DNA of 64,000 nucleotides from Thermodesulfobacteriota bacterium (lineage in GTDB: Bacteria; Desulfobacterota_D; UBA1144; Nemesobacterales; Mycalebacteriaceae). The translations under genes were made by a program, and so were the position numbers. The stretch lies in contig OZ245366.1 of assembly GCA_965226585.1 (NCBI GenBank), positions 928,001 to 992,000 on the forward strand, in the 5' to 3' direction. Shown in pieces: positions 47,297-57,125 of the stretch (position 1 is the first letter of the stretch; every line of letters begins with the position of its first letter). The notes under the pieces are model-generated. The model had not been told where the DNA came from. It was given only the letters and a program-made list of their open reading frames with translations, and searched no databases.

Positions 47297-48472
47297 TTAC
47301 TCGATAATACCCGTGACGACGCCTGCGCCCACGGTTTTGCCTCCTTCCCTTATGGCGAAGCGGAGTTGTTCCTCCATCGCCACCGGGGCTATAAGTTCAA
47401 CTTCCACGTTCACACTGTCTCCGGGCATAACCATCTCCACTCCGTCAGGGAGTTTCACCGAGCCCGTTACGTCCGTTGTCCTCAGGTAAAACTGAGGCCT
47501 GTATCCGGGGAAAAACGGCGTGTGCCTGCCGCCTTCCTCTTTCTTCAAAACATACACTTCTGCGGAAAACTTCTTGTGCGGCGTTATACTTCCCACCGCG
47601 CTCAAAACCTGCCCGCGCTCCACATTCTCTTTGTCTATGCCTCTGAGAAGCACACCCACATTGTCTCCGGCAACAGCATCGTCAAGTATCTTGCGGAACA
47701 TCTCAAGGCTCGTGGCCACAGTCTTGACCGTCTCGCCAAAACCCACTATCTCAACCTCGTCTCCAGCCTCTATCTTGCCCTTCTCCACCCTGCCCGTTAC
47801 AACAGTCCCGCGTCCCGATATTGTGAACACATCCTCCACCGCCATAATGAACGGCTTGTCCACCTCTCTCACAGGCTCGGGAATGTAGCTGTCCACGGCG
47901 CTCATCAACTCCCGTATCTGCGCCTCCGCATCCGCATCCCCTTCAAGCGCCTTAAGTGCGCTTACTTTTACTATCGGTATGTCATCACCGGGAAACTTGT
48001 ACTCACTCAAAAGCTCCCGTATCTCTAACTCTACAAGATCAAGCAACTCAGGGTCGTCCAGCATGTCAATCTTGTTCAACGCAACCACTATCGACGGAAC
48101 ACCTACCTGACGCGCAAGCAGTATGTGCTCCCGCGTCTGGGGCATCGGTCCGTCCGGTGCGCTCACCACAAGTATCGCGCCGTCCATCTGCGCAGCTCCC
48201 GTTATCATGTTCTTTACATAGTCCGCGTGACCGGGACAGTCAACGTGCGCGTAGTGCCGCGTATCCGTCTCATACTCCACGTGAGATATGTTTATCGTTA
48301 TCCCCCTGTCCTTCTCCTCAGGAGACTTGTCTATGTCACCAAACTCTACATACTCTGCCTTGTCCAAAACCTTCGTTATCGCCGCTGTAAGTGTCGTCTT
48401 GCCATGGTCCACGTGCCCCACTGTCCCTATGTTTAAATGCGGCTTCCCTCTCTCAAACTTCTCCTTCGACAT
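47297..48472 (-). CDS. tuf: Elongation factor Tu
   Basis: [33 protein letters not shown]. Confidence 0.99.
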   Translation of the reverse strand: MSKEKFERGKPHLNIGTVGHVDHGKTTLTAAITKVLDKAEYVEFGDIDKSPEEKDRGITINISHVEYETDTRHYAHVDCPGHADYVKNMITGAAQMDGAILVVSAPDGPMPQTREHILLARQVGVPSIVVALNKIDMLDDPELLDLVELEIRELLSEYKFPGDDIPIVKVSALKALEGDADAEAQIRELMSAVDSYIPEPVREVDKPFIMAVEDVFTISGRGTVVTGRVEKGKIEAGDEVEIVGFGETVKTVATSLEMFRKILDDAVAGDNVGVLLRGIDKENVERGQVLSAVGSITPHKKFSAEVYVLKKEEGGRHTPFFPGYRPQFYLRTTDVTGSVKLPDGVEMVMPGDSVNVEVELIAPVAMEEQLRFAIREGGKTVGAGVVTGIIE

Positions 48473-48520
48473 ATCTGTATACCTCCTTTCTTGTGAAGTT
48501 AAGCAAAGTCAATTGTCCAC

Positions 48521-48593
<73 letters not shown>

Positions 48594-48609
48594 AGCAGTA
48601 GTATTTTCG

Positions 48610-48683
48610 AGCGGGAGACGGGACTCGAACCCGCGACCCTCAGCTTGGAAGGCTGATGCTCTAGCCAACTGAGCTACTCCCGC
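48610..48683 (-). tRNA. tRNA-Gly(TCC)
   Basis: GCGGGAGTAGCTCAG...CT TCC AA...GGTTCGAGTCC. Confidence 0.96.
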
Positions 48684-48699
48684 AAAAAGCACGAGCCTG

Positions 48700-48782
48700 T
48701 GGGGAGAGTAGGATTCGAACCCACGTAGGCTTACGCCGGCAGATTTACAGTCTGCTGCTTTTGACCGCTCAGCCATCTCCCC
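48700..48782 (-). tRNA. tRNA-Tyr(GTA)
   Basis: GGGGAGATGGCTGAGCGG...CT GTA AA, variable arm, GGTTCGAATCC. Confidence 0.96.
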
Positions 48783-48834
48783 GTCTGTCTGGTATTTAAC
48801 AAACATAAAAGAAAACCCCACCACAGGCACTGAC

Positions 48835-48907
48835 AGCTGGCGAAGGGATTCGAACCCCCGACCTGCTGATTACAAATCAGCTGCTCTGCCAACTGAGCTA
48901 CGCCAGC
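48835..48907 (-). tRNA. tRNA-Thr(TGT)
   Basis: GCTGGCGTAGCTCAG...TT TGT AA...GGTTCGAATCC. Confidence 0.96.
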
Positions 48908-48946
48908 GGTAAATCCATATTCACGCACTACTGACCAAGACAGTTG

Positions 48947-48974
48947 ATTTTATATAGAAAAAAAACTATGTCAA
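48947..48974 (-). promoter_or_regulatory. sigma70 promoter of tRNA-tuf operon
   Basis: TTGACA-16 nt-TAAAAT upstream of tRNA-Thr(TGT). Confidence 0.7.
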
Positions 48975-48985
48975 ATCCGAATTCA

Positions 48986-49429
48986 TCAAACAAAAGAAGC
49001 CGTTATTGAAGCGTCCGCGACTTTTTCCCCTCCGGAAAGCGTGGCGAAACCTTCAAAAACCATAACCCTTGTGCGTTTGCGCGTCAGGTTTACCGAAAGG
49101 GTCAATTCCTCTCCGGGCCCAACGGGCTTTCTGAAGCGGCAGTTGTCAAGCCCCATCAGATAGGCATTTGAAAAACCGAGCTCTTTTATTTCATCGGCAA
49201 AAGATGCGCCGATAAGAACACCTCCCGCTTGCGCGAGAGATTCCGCGATAATAACTCCCGGAACAACGGGATTGCCGGGGAAATGCCCGAGGAACATGGC
49301 TTCATCCGCCTCAAAAGTTCTTAGCGCGACAATTTTGGAACCCTTCTCAAACTCGGTCACGCCGTCCAGAAACAAGAACGGCTCCCTGTGGGGAATAAAC
49401 TGCTTTATCTGTTCTCTGTCGAAAACCAT
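48986..49429 (-). CDS. fabZ: 3-hydroxyacyl-ACP dehydratase
   Basis: PHREPFLFLD, GHFPGNPVVPGV.I.E..AQ, FRKPV.PG. Confidence 0.95.
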   Translation of the reverse strand: MVFDREQIKQFIPHREPFLFLDGVTEFEKGSKIVALRTFEADEAMFLGHFPGNPVVPGVIIAESLAQAGGVLIGASFADEIKELGFSNAYLMGLDNCRFRKPVGPGEELTLSVNLTRKRTRVMVFEGFATLSGGEKVADASITASFV

Positions 49430-49431
49430 AA

Positions 49432-49998
49432 TCAGTATTTGTTGTCGTACATTTCTATAACCTTCTCGGTTATATCAACGCCGTCAGACACAAAAAGAAC
49501 TCCGGATTTGGCAAGGATAACGGAGTAGCCGTCGGATTTGCCCAGTTGGTTTACAACGTTTTGTATCTGCTGGGAAATCTTTCTTCTCATCTCGGCGTCT
49601 CTCTTTTTAAGTTCATCGGTAAAATCCTCTCTCGCCCTGAGAAGCTCCTTCTTCTTTTTCTCAATTTCAGAGCTTTTCCCTTTGAGGGTGTCTTCGTTCA
49701 TAACGGAGAGGTTTTTTGTGAAATCTTTTTCCATCTTGTCGTACTGCGCGCTTTTTTTGTCAAGTATTGCCTGCTTTTTCTTGAACTCTTTTTCAAAAGA
49801 TGCGCGCGCCTTTTTGCCCGCTTTGGAATGGATAAGAACGCGCTGAACGTCAATAATTCCAATGCGCGACTGCTTTTGAGCCACAGCCTCGTGGCAGAAA
49901 GCGAATACCAGAGAAACCAGAAAAACCGCCATCAGCGGAAGGCGGAAAAAACTCCGCTTAGAAAAAATGCTAACCATTTGTCTCCTCCTTTGCTTCAA
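49432..49998 (-). CDS. skp: OmpH/Skp periplasmic chaperone
   Basis: Signal peptide, IG.IDVQRV, coiled coil, DITEKVI. Downstream of bamA. Confidence 0.9.
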   Translation of the reverse strand: MKQRRRQMVSIFSKRSFFRLPLMAVFLVSLVFAFCHEAVAQKQSRIGIIDVQRVLIHSKAGKKARASFEKEFKKKQAILDKKSAQYDKMEKDFTKNLSVMNEDTLKGKSSEIEKKKKELLRAREDFTDELKKRDAEMRRKISQQIQNVVNQLGKSDGYSVILAKSGVLFVSDGVDITEKVIEMYDNKY

Positions 49999-50010
49999 AT
50001 CCTTAAAATC

Positions 50011-52350
50011 CTAAAAAGACGCGCCTATTGAGAAGTTTATTTGTTTTCTCTCCTCAAAGGGCTGTCTGTCTATAGGATAACCTATTTCAATCTTAATCAA
50101 ACCCAAAGGCGAGCGCCACCAGAAACCGTAGCCGTAGTCTTTGCGCAGGGCGTCCGGGTTGATTGAAAGCGGAGCCACGAGGTTTCCGTTCTGGTCGCCC
50201 CCGAAAACATTGCCCATGCCGTAAAACAAAACCCCGTAAAGACCAAGAGATTTGATAATCGGCACGGCGAGGTCTGCTTTCGCGAATATTCTCTCCGTTC
50301 CGCCCAGAGAGCCGACAACCTGCCCCTGCGCGCCCAGCGCCGGAATTCTCAGCTGTCTGTAATCGTAGCCGCGAAGGTCTCCCGACCCGCCGAGGAAAAG
50401 TCTTTCGTCCGCCGCGTGTGAGTTTCCGCTGCTTCCTCCGCGAAGAAAAATTCTGTCGTATCTTACTTTAAGGAAAAGGAACGCGCCCCGGAAAATGGGA
50501 ACCCACGAGTTACCTTCAAAAACCATCTTGCTCAAATTCGTGTCGCCGCCGAAAGGTCCCGAATGTTCGTAAAGTATCAGCGCCCTGTACCCGCTTGTGG
50601 GAAACTGGTAGTTGTCTCGGTTGTCCCAGCTTATGTCCGCTCCCACCGCGCTGATGATTCCCTTTGATTCCACATAGCCCACGGCAGCCGCCGCCGCGGT
50701 CGGGTTCGCAATGGCAAGCTGTTCCCACCGGTGATACACGCGCCCCCACAACTGGCGGTATATGGATTTGCCGATTCCGATTGTTGTTCCCGTTGAGTCT
50801 GTGTCGTAGTCAACGTAGTCCCTCTCTATGCGGTGGAGGGAAATATCAAATGTCCAGTCCGTGTCCAGAAAGTTTCTGTCGCTGTATCTGAAATTGTAGG
50901 TGTCCGTTATGTCTCCGAAATTCGCGCTTGCCTCAACCGCTTTGCCGTATCCAAAAAAGTTCGCCTCTTTGATTGAGCCGAAGAATATGAAATCTTCAAT
51001 GGAGCTTACGCCCGCCCCGAGGTTGAACTGCGCCGTTGACGCTTCGGCAACTGAAACCGTGATGTCCAGCTCATCGGGTCTTGTTTCCGACTGCTTGCTT
51101 TGAACCTGAATTGATTCAGGGTCAAAAAATCCGAGCCGCCCCACAAGCGGTCTTATAAGGGAGAGGTCGCCCGATTTGAAAAGCTGTCCCTCAACAACCG
51201 GAATTTCTCGCCTGATAACCTTGTCCAGAGTTTTGTCGTTGCCGACTATGTCTACCCTTCCGATTTTGAACACTTCGCCCTTTTCAACAACAAAGGTTAT
51301 GAACACTCCGGGCTTTCCGTCTGCAGTGGGCTGTTTTATCACAGAGGGCTGAACATTCACGTTGGCGTAGCCCTGATTTGTGTAGAGAGAGGTGAGCAAG
51401 TTTATGCTTGATGAAAGTTTTGTGCTTCCATACGCCTCGCCCTCTTTCAAGCTCATTCTGTAGAGAGCTTCCTCAATGCTGACTTCGGGCGGCGGCTCAA
51501 TCCCTTTAAGCTCAATGCCGGACACGACATACTTTTTGCCTTCAACCACATCAAACCGCACGGCATAAGAGTTTTTCTTCCTGTTGCGTGTCAACTGAGG
51601 CCCCGTAACCTGCGCGTCAAGATACCCTTCATCCAGATAGGCGAACTTGATGCGATCCGCGTCTCTGTCTATCTCCTCTTTTATGAAAAGCCCTTTCTGT
51701 CCGAGGCTGTAAAATCTGCGCGGAGAACTGAAGATTCTTTTCTTCAAATCTTTGACTTTTATTTCCTGCGTTCCGGCAATCTCAACGGACGAGATTTTTT
51801 CCTTTGAGCCTTCTTCAATTTTGTACGAAACGCTCACGCCGCCGGCTTCGGGCTCTATTTGATAGGTAACCTCGGTGTTGCCGTAGCCGTCTTTGGCATA
51901 CAGGGCAACTATGTTGCGGGATTCGGCGTGTATTCTGCCCGCGCCAACTATCTGGTTTTTCTGAATGGTGATGACTTCCTCTATTTTGTCATCTTCAATC
52001 TCATCGTTTCCCCTGAAAGAGAGGTCAACAACAACAGGGTTTTCCGTAACCGTGTAGATAAGTTTCACGCCGGACGGCGAAACCTCTTTCTCAACCGAAA
52101 CGTCATAAAAATTTCCTGTCGCGTAAATCTTTTTTATGTCTTCGGCAATGGCGGACTCGTTGTATTCCTTCCCTGTTCTTTGGGAGATAAGAGCCTCCAC
52201 AAAGTCGGTTCCTATCCTGTTTGAGCCCTCAATAACGATTTCGGAAACCGGGGCGGCTTCGGCGTGGCGGGCAAACCCTCCCGCGGCAAAGACAAGGACA
52301 ACGGCAAAAACGACAATCAGTTTTTTCACAAAATCCGCCAGTTTAAGCAT
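50011..52350 (-). CDS. bamA: Outer membrane protein assembly factor BamA
   Basis: POTRA repeats (GNDKTLDKVIRRE), LRGY, SPLG, C-terminal Phe. Confidence 0.96.
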   Translation of the reverse strand: MLKLADFVKKLIVVFAVVLVFAAGGFARHAEAAPVSEIVIEGSNRIGTDFVEALISQRTGKEYNESAIAEDIKKIYATGNFYDVSVEKEVSPSGVKLIYTVTENPVVVDLSFRGNDEIEDDKIEEVITIQKNQIVGAGRIHAESRNIVALYAKDGYGNTEVTYQIEPEAGGVSVSYKIEEGSKEKISSVEIAGTQEIKVKDLKKRIFSSPRRFYSLGQKGLFIKEEIDRDADRIKFAYLDEGYLDAQVTGPQLTRNRKKNSYAVRFDVVEGKKYVVSGIELKGIEPPPEVSIEEALYRMSLKEGEAYGSTKLSSSINLLTSLYTNQGYANVNVQPSVIKQPTADGKPGVFITFVVEKGEVFKIGRVDIVGNDKTLDKVIRREIPVVEGQLFKSGDLSLIRPLVGRLGFFDPESIQVQSKQSETRPDELDITVSVAEASTAQFNLGAGVSSIEDFIFFGSIKEANFFGYGKAVEASANFGDITDTYNFRYSDRNFLDTDWTFDISLHRIERDYVDYDTDSTGTTIGIGKSIYRQLWGRVYHRWEQLAIANPTAAAAAVGYVESKGIISAVGADISWDNRDNYQFPTSGYRALILYEHSGPFGGDTNLSKMVFEGNSWVPIFRGAFLFLKVRYDRIFLRGGSSGNSHAADERLFLGGSGDLRGYDYRQLRIPALGAQGQVVGSLGGTERIFAKADLAVPIIKSLGLYGVLFYGMGNVFGGDQNGNLVAPLSINPDALRKDYGYGFWWRSPLGLIKIEIGYPIDRQPFEERKQINFSIGASF

Positions 52351-53020
52351 CCGCCAGTCTGCCTCCGCTAATTACGACAGTTCTGTCAAATCTTTCGGAC
52401 AACTCTCTGCTGTGCGTGGCAACAACAAGCGCGGTGTTTTTTCTGTCTCTCATTGAAAACATCAAATCCGCCACAAGGGAAGAGGTTTTTGAGTCCAGAT
52501 TTCCGGTTGGCTCATCGGCGAGAACAATATCGGGTTCAGACACAAGCGCGCGCGCTATGGCGACCCTCTGCTGCTGTCCGGCGGAAAGTTCATCGGGGTA
52601 GCTGTGGAGTTTGTCCGCAAGTTCCATTTCGCGCAAAAGTTGTTCCGCTTTTTTGAATGCATCCCCTTTTCCCTCGCCCGATATGAGAAGCGGGAAGCTC
52701 ACGTTTTCAAGAGCGGTGAACGCTCCGAGCAGGTTGTGAGACTGAAAAACAAATCCCATTCTGCGCCGTACTCCCCCGCTTAAAACAGAGTCCGGAGCGG
52801 ATGAGTAAGATTCGCCTTTGAAAAAAATTTCTCCGCTGGTCGGGGTTTCCAGAGCGCCCAGCATATTAAGCAAAGTGGTTTTTCCTTCTCCTGATTTTCC
52901 TTCTATTGAAACGCTCTCGCCACTGCCTACAACAAAATCCACTCCGTCAATCGCCTTAACGGAGTTGTGCCGGAGGTTGTATTCCTTCACCAGTTTTTTT
53001 GCTTCAATAATTATGCTCAT
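52343..53020 (-). CDS. lolD: Lipoprotein-releasing ABC ATPase
   Basis: GKSGEGKT, LSAGQQQRVAIARAL, LADEPTGNLD. Context after lolC/E. Confidence 0.88.
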   Translation of the reverse strand: MSIIIEAKKLVKEYNLRHNSVKAIDGVDFVVGSGESVSIEGKSGEGKTTLLNMLGALETPTSGEIFFKGESYSSAPDSVLSGGVRRRMGFVFQSHNLLGAFTALENVSFPLLISGEGKGDAFKKAEQLLREMELADKLHSYPDELSAGQQQRVAIARALVSEPDIVLADEPTGNLDSKTSSLVADLMFSMRDRKNTALVVATHSRELSERFDRTVVISGGRLADA

Positions 53021-54267
53021 TGAACTTTCAACTTCGAGGCGATACTGCCGGAACGTACACTGCGCGCCGGATAGAGCGCGGCAAGAACACAGAGCGACTG
53101 GCTTATTGCTCCGACAACGAGAAAGTGCAGAGGCTCTATAATAACAGGGAATTTTGATATTCCATAAACATCGGGGTCAAACGGAATAAGCCCCGACACG
53201 GTCGCGCTGGTTTCAAGCAGATAGCACACGCCAAGGGCAAGCGCAGAACCCGTAAAAGTTCCCGCGAAACCGAGTGTCGCCCCTATGATGACAAAGATGT
53301 TTCCTATCTGTTTTGTAGAAGCCCCGGCGGCGCGCAGGATTGAGATATCTCTGCTTTTTTCAATCATCATCATAAGCAGAACGCTCATCACGCTCAGGGC
53401 GGCAACAAGAACTATGAAGCCCAGAAAAACCGTGAGCCCCAGTTTTTCAAGGCTCAGGGCGGCGAAGAGTTTGCTGTTTGCCTCCTGCCAGCTTTGGGCG
53501 ACAAACGGAAAGCCGAGATTGTCTTCAATACTTCTCGCCGTCTGTTCGGACGCCATCGGGTTTGCGACCGCAACTTCAAAAGACACGGCGGTGTTTTTGC
53601 CGAAAAAATCCGCCGCCTCCCTTATGTTCATATACGAAGTGGTGGAGTCGTAATACGCCATTCCGTATTTAAAGATCCCGGCAACTGTGAATTCCTGCGT
53701 GCGGGGTTTTCTTTTGAACGGTTTTTTTGAATCCGCAGACGCCGCGAAGGTAACCGTGCCGCCCTCTTCAACTCCAAGGGCGGCGGCAAGTGTGTGTCCG
53801 ATAACTACCGGGGGCGGAGATGAAAAACCTTCAAGAACGGAGAAAACGCTCCGCCCGTCTTTCGTTTGCTTTCCCCGTCCCGATAATAGATAGGGAAACG
53901 TCTTTACGTGCGCCTCAGGATTTATTGCGCTGACCCTTGTTCCCTGCGAGCCGCTTGCTGAAACAAGCAATCCCGTTCCGTAGATAACCGGAGACACGCC
54001 GCTCACGCCCGGGGTCGCGCTGATTTTGTTTTCAACTTCCGCGCGATTTTCAACACCGCCGTCATAGCTTGAAACGAGTATGTGCGGAGAGGCTCCGAGA
54101 ATGGTTTTCTGCAGTTCCGTTTGAAAACCGGACATAACGGAAAGCACGATATTGAGCGAGAAAACGCCCACTCCCACACCGATAACGGATATAAGAGCGG
54201 TTGAGAATATGGCTCTGACCCTTCTTTGCGAACGCAGGTATCTAAACGCGACAAGAAGTTCAAACAT
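53017..54267 (-). CDS. Lipoprotein-releasing ABC permease LolC/E
   Basis: A.RYLR, VLSVMSGF, W...N..LF.AL..EK, K..DI.ILR..GA. Confidence 0.9.
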   Translation of the reverse strand: MFELLVAFRYLRSQRRVRAIFSTALISVIGVGVGVFSLNIVLSVMSGFQTELQKTILGASPHILVSSYDGGVENRAEVENKISATPGVSGVSPVIYGTGLLVSASGSQGTRVSAINPEAHVKTFPYLLSGRGKQTKDGRSVFSVLEGFSSPPPVVIGHTLAAALGVEEGGTVTFAASADSKKPFKRKPRTQEFTVAGIFKYGMAYYDSTTSYMNIREAADFFGKNTAVSFEVAVANPMASEQTARSIEDNLGFPFVAQSWQEANSKLFAALSLEKLGLTVFLGFIVLVAALSVMSVLLMMMIEKSRDISILRAAGASTKQIGNIFVIIGATLGFAGTFTGSALALGVCYLLETSATVSGLIPFDPDVYGISKFPVIIEPLHFLVVGAISQSLCVLAALYPARSVRSGSIASKLKVQ

Positions 54268-55755
54268 CTAAGGTCTCATGTGCGGGAAGAAAAGCACTTC
54301 CCTTATGGAGGTTGAGCCGGAGAGCAGCATAACAAGGCGGTCTATGCCGATTCCCGCGCCCGCAGTCGGGGGCATTCCGTGCTCAAGGGCGGTGAGAAAA
54401 TCCTCATCCGTCTCGTGCGATTCCTCGTCTCCCTTTTTTTTCATTTCCGCTTGCGAGGCAAATCTTTTTCTCTGTTCTTGCGGGTCGTTCAACTCGGAAA
54501 AGGCGTTGGCTATTTCCCATCCGTTCACATACAGCTCAAACCTGTCCGCGATTTCCGGATTGGAATCAGACGCTCTCGCGAGCGGCGAAACGTCAAGCGG
54601 GAAACCGAAAACAAATGCGGGGTTTTTAATGTTCGCCGCCACTGTTTCCTCAAAGATTCCCGTAAGTGCTTTTCCCCGTATTCCGTCATGCCCGATGCCT
54701 AGAGAGTCCGCTTCTTTGAAGAGAAAATCGCTGTCGGTAAAAATCTTTTCCCCGTATTTTTCTCTGAGAGATTCGTAGATGTCTATCCGTTTCCACGGCG
54801 GCGAAAAGTTCAGTTCGGTTCCGTCAAAATCCACTTTTCCCCCGTTTGCGGCGGACAGGGCGAAAGATGAAATCATCTCTTCGGTCAAGTCCATCATATC
54901 TGTGTAGTCTGCGTATGCCTGATAGAACTCAATCATAGTGAATTCCGGGTTGTGCCGTGTGGAGACGCCTTCGTTTCTGAACACGCGCCCTATTTCGTAA
55001 ATCTTTTCAAGCCCGCCAATCACAAGGCGTTTCAGATACAGTTCCGGCGCGATTCGCAAAAACAGGTCCATATCAAGGGCGTTGTGGTGCGTTACAAACG
55101 GCTTTGCCGCCGCGCCGCCGGCGATGGGGTGAAGCACGGGGGTTTCCACTTCAAGGAAGCCCTTTTCTTCAAGAAAGTTTCTTATAAACCGTATGCATTC
55201 CGAGCGCAGGATAAATGTGTCTCTCACTTGCGGGTTGGCAACCATATCCAGATATCGTTTTCTGAACCGTGTTTCCACATCCTGAAGCCCGTGCCACTTT
55301 TCGGGAAGCGGGCGCAGGGTTTTTGTAAGCAGGGAGATTTTTTCCGCTTTAACCGTCAGTTCGCCGGTTTTTGTTTTGAACAGTGTTCCCGTAACCCCGG
55401 CAAAGTCTCCCGCGTCCAGATATTTGCCGACTGTTTCAAAGTCTTTTTCTGAAGTGTTCTTTTTGTTCGCGTAGCACTGGATTTTTGCCGAAGCGTCTGC
55501 CACATCAAAGAATGCGGCTTTTCCGAAACTTCGTTTAGACATCACCCTTCCCGCGATTGAGAAGCCGGCAATGGCAGAGATTTCGTCATCATTTTTGCCT
55601 TCCGTTTGCGCGAGAATTTCCTTGATGGAGGATGAGGGCTTAAAGGTGTTTGAATACGGGTTTCCCCCGCTTTCGCGGATGCCCGCTGTTTTCTCTTTTC
55701 TGAGACTGTATTCGTCGTTTTCGTTTCTTTCGGTATCAGGCGGCTTGTTGCTCAT
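54268..55755 (-). CDS. lysS: Lysine--tRNA ligase (class II)
   Basis: LPEKWHGL, LRIAPELYLKRL, FRNEG..RHNPEFT, GMPPT.G.GIGIDRL. Confidence 0.99.
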   Translation of the reverse strand: MSNKPPDTERNENDEYSLRKEKTAGIRESGGNPYSNTFKPSSSIKEILAQTEGKNDDEISAIAGFSIAGRVMSKRSFGKAAFFDVADASAKIQCYANKKNTSEKDFETVGKYLDAGDFAGVTGTLFKTKTGELTVKAEKISLLTKTLRPLPEKWHGLQDVETRFRKRYLDMVANPQVRDTFILRSECIRFIRNFLEEKGFLEVETPVLHPIAGGAAAKPFVTHHNALDMDLFLRIAPELYLKRLVIGGLEKIYEIGRVFRNEGVSTRHNPEFTMIEFYQAYADYTDMMDLTEEMISSFALSAANGGKVDFDGTELNFSPPWKRIDIYESLREKYGEKIFTDSDFLFKEADSLGIGHDGIRGKALTGIFEETVAANIKNPAFVFGFPLDVSPLARASDSNPEIADRFELYVNGWEIANAFSELNDPQEQRKRFASQAEMKKKGDEESHETDEDFLTALEHGMPPTAGAGIGIDRLVMLLSGSTSIREVLFFPHMRP

Positions 55756-55840
55756 CTGTTATCTCCGGCGGGGAACTGTAACAAGGCAACAATATACTTT
55801 TATCGGTGGTCTTTAACAAGAAGGAAACACGGGCGGGCGG

Positions 55841-57103
55841 CTATGCTCTCGCGCCGCTTTTGTATTCTGATTCAATCTCTTTCAGGCGCGCTTTTGTTTC
55901 GGCGTTTGTGCGTTTCCCGCCTTTGACGCTGTTGCAGTGTCCGCAGAGGAGTTGTTTGTTCTTGTCTTCCTCTCCGCCGCCTTTGATTTTCGGCATAATG
56001 TGGTCAACCGTCAGATTTTGATAGCGAAAGTGATAATCGCAAATCGCGCAAACGCCCGCCTGTTCGCCGTAGAGAATGGTTTTGATGTTCGGGCTGACAA
56101 CAATTCCATCTCGCTTTTGAGGAAACCCTCTTTTGTTTGTATCCCAGTGATGAAAATCCACAAACAAATTGCGTTGAGCCATTCTTATCTTGACGAGATC
56201 AACTGCTTTCACAGACTGGTCTATTCCAATCCATTTTCGCTCTAACATTTGAGATGCTACAAGTGTTGTGGCACAACCACAAAACGGGTCAAGTACAACG
56301 CCACCTTTACTACTGGACGCTTTAACTAGACGTTCCAACAAGGGGAGTGGTTTTTGAGTTGGATAACCTGTACGGCTTTTAGATTGAGAATTTTCATAGG
56401 GAATATCTGACCACCAATCATTACCGTTCATTCCCTCGCTTGGGTAGTAAATTCGTTCTTTCCCTTGATCTATTCTCTTGCGGCACCTGTTCCCCTCATC
56501 GTCTAATTGTTTGTAGTGGCTATCTATGTATGCCTGTGAACACGGCAGAGTGCAGTCGTTTTTAACTTTGTTTTTATTCTTTGAATAAAAGAGCAAAACA
56601 TCGTGTTTTTGAGCCCACTTTCTACGCTTTCCTCTTGGGCTTCTTCCTGATGTTGAATAGCACCACAACACTTCATTTAAAAAGTTTAAATGTCCAAAAA
56701 TTACATCCATTACCAGTTTCAACCAGTGGCTCATTGTCGGGTCGCAATGCAAATAGATACTTCCAGTTGGCTTGAGTAATCGCTTCATTTCAATAAGGCG
56801 GATTGCCATAACGACTAAATATGACCTGTGACTTTTTCCGCTGATTTCTCCGGCAGTATTTATAAGGTCTGAAACGGCAGGATATTTTTCTCCAATCTCT
56901 CCTATCTCCTCCGCTTTCACATCATCCATTGTCCACCAGTCTTTAAACTCCGCCCCTTCCGCTTTACTGCCAATCGGAGCGATAAAATCTTTTTTCTTAT
57001 TAAATGGCGGGTCTAAATAAATCAGGTCAACGGACTCGTCATCCATTCCCCGCATAACGGGAAGGTTGTCGCCGGTGAACAGTGTGTAAGGTTCAACGCC
57101 CAT
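55841..57103 (-). CDS. Beta-class N6/N4 DNA methyltransferase fused to C-terminal HNH endonuclease
   Basis: DLIYLDPPF (motif IV), GYPTQKP, LDPFCGCATT (motif I), then CAIC...VDHIMP...N..LLCGHCN..KG. Probable ATG at 57103 (track gives 57154). Confidence 0.92.
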   Translation of the reverse strand: MGVEPYTLFTGDNLPVMRGMDDESVDLIYLDPPFNKKKDFIAPIGSKAEGAEFKDWWTMDDVKAEEIGEIGEKYPAVSDLINTAGEISGKSHRSYLVVMAIRLIEMKRLLKPTGSIYLHCDPTMSHWLKLVMDVIFGHLNFLNEVLWCYSTSGRSPRGKRRKWAQKHDVLLFYSKNKNKVKNDCTLPCSQAYIDSHYKQLDDEGNRCRKRIDQGKERIYYPSEGMNGNDWWSDIPYENSQSKSRTGYPTQKPLPLLERLVKASSSKGGVVLDPFCGCATTLVASQMLERKWIGIDQSVKAVDLVKIRMAQRNLFVDFHHWDTNKRGFPQKRDGIVVSPNIKTILYGEQAGVCAICDYHFRYQNLTVDHIMPKIKGGGEEDKNKQLLCGHCNSVKGGKRTNAETKARLKEIESEYKSGARA

Positions 57104-57125
57104 TTTGACACACAGCCCGACTGTC

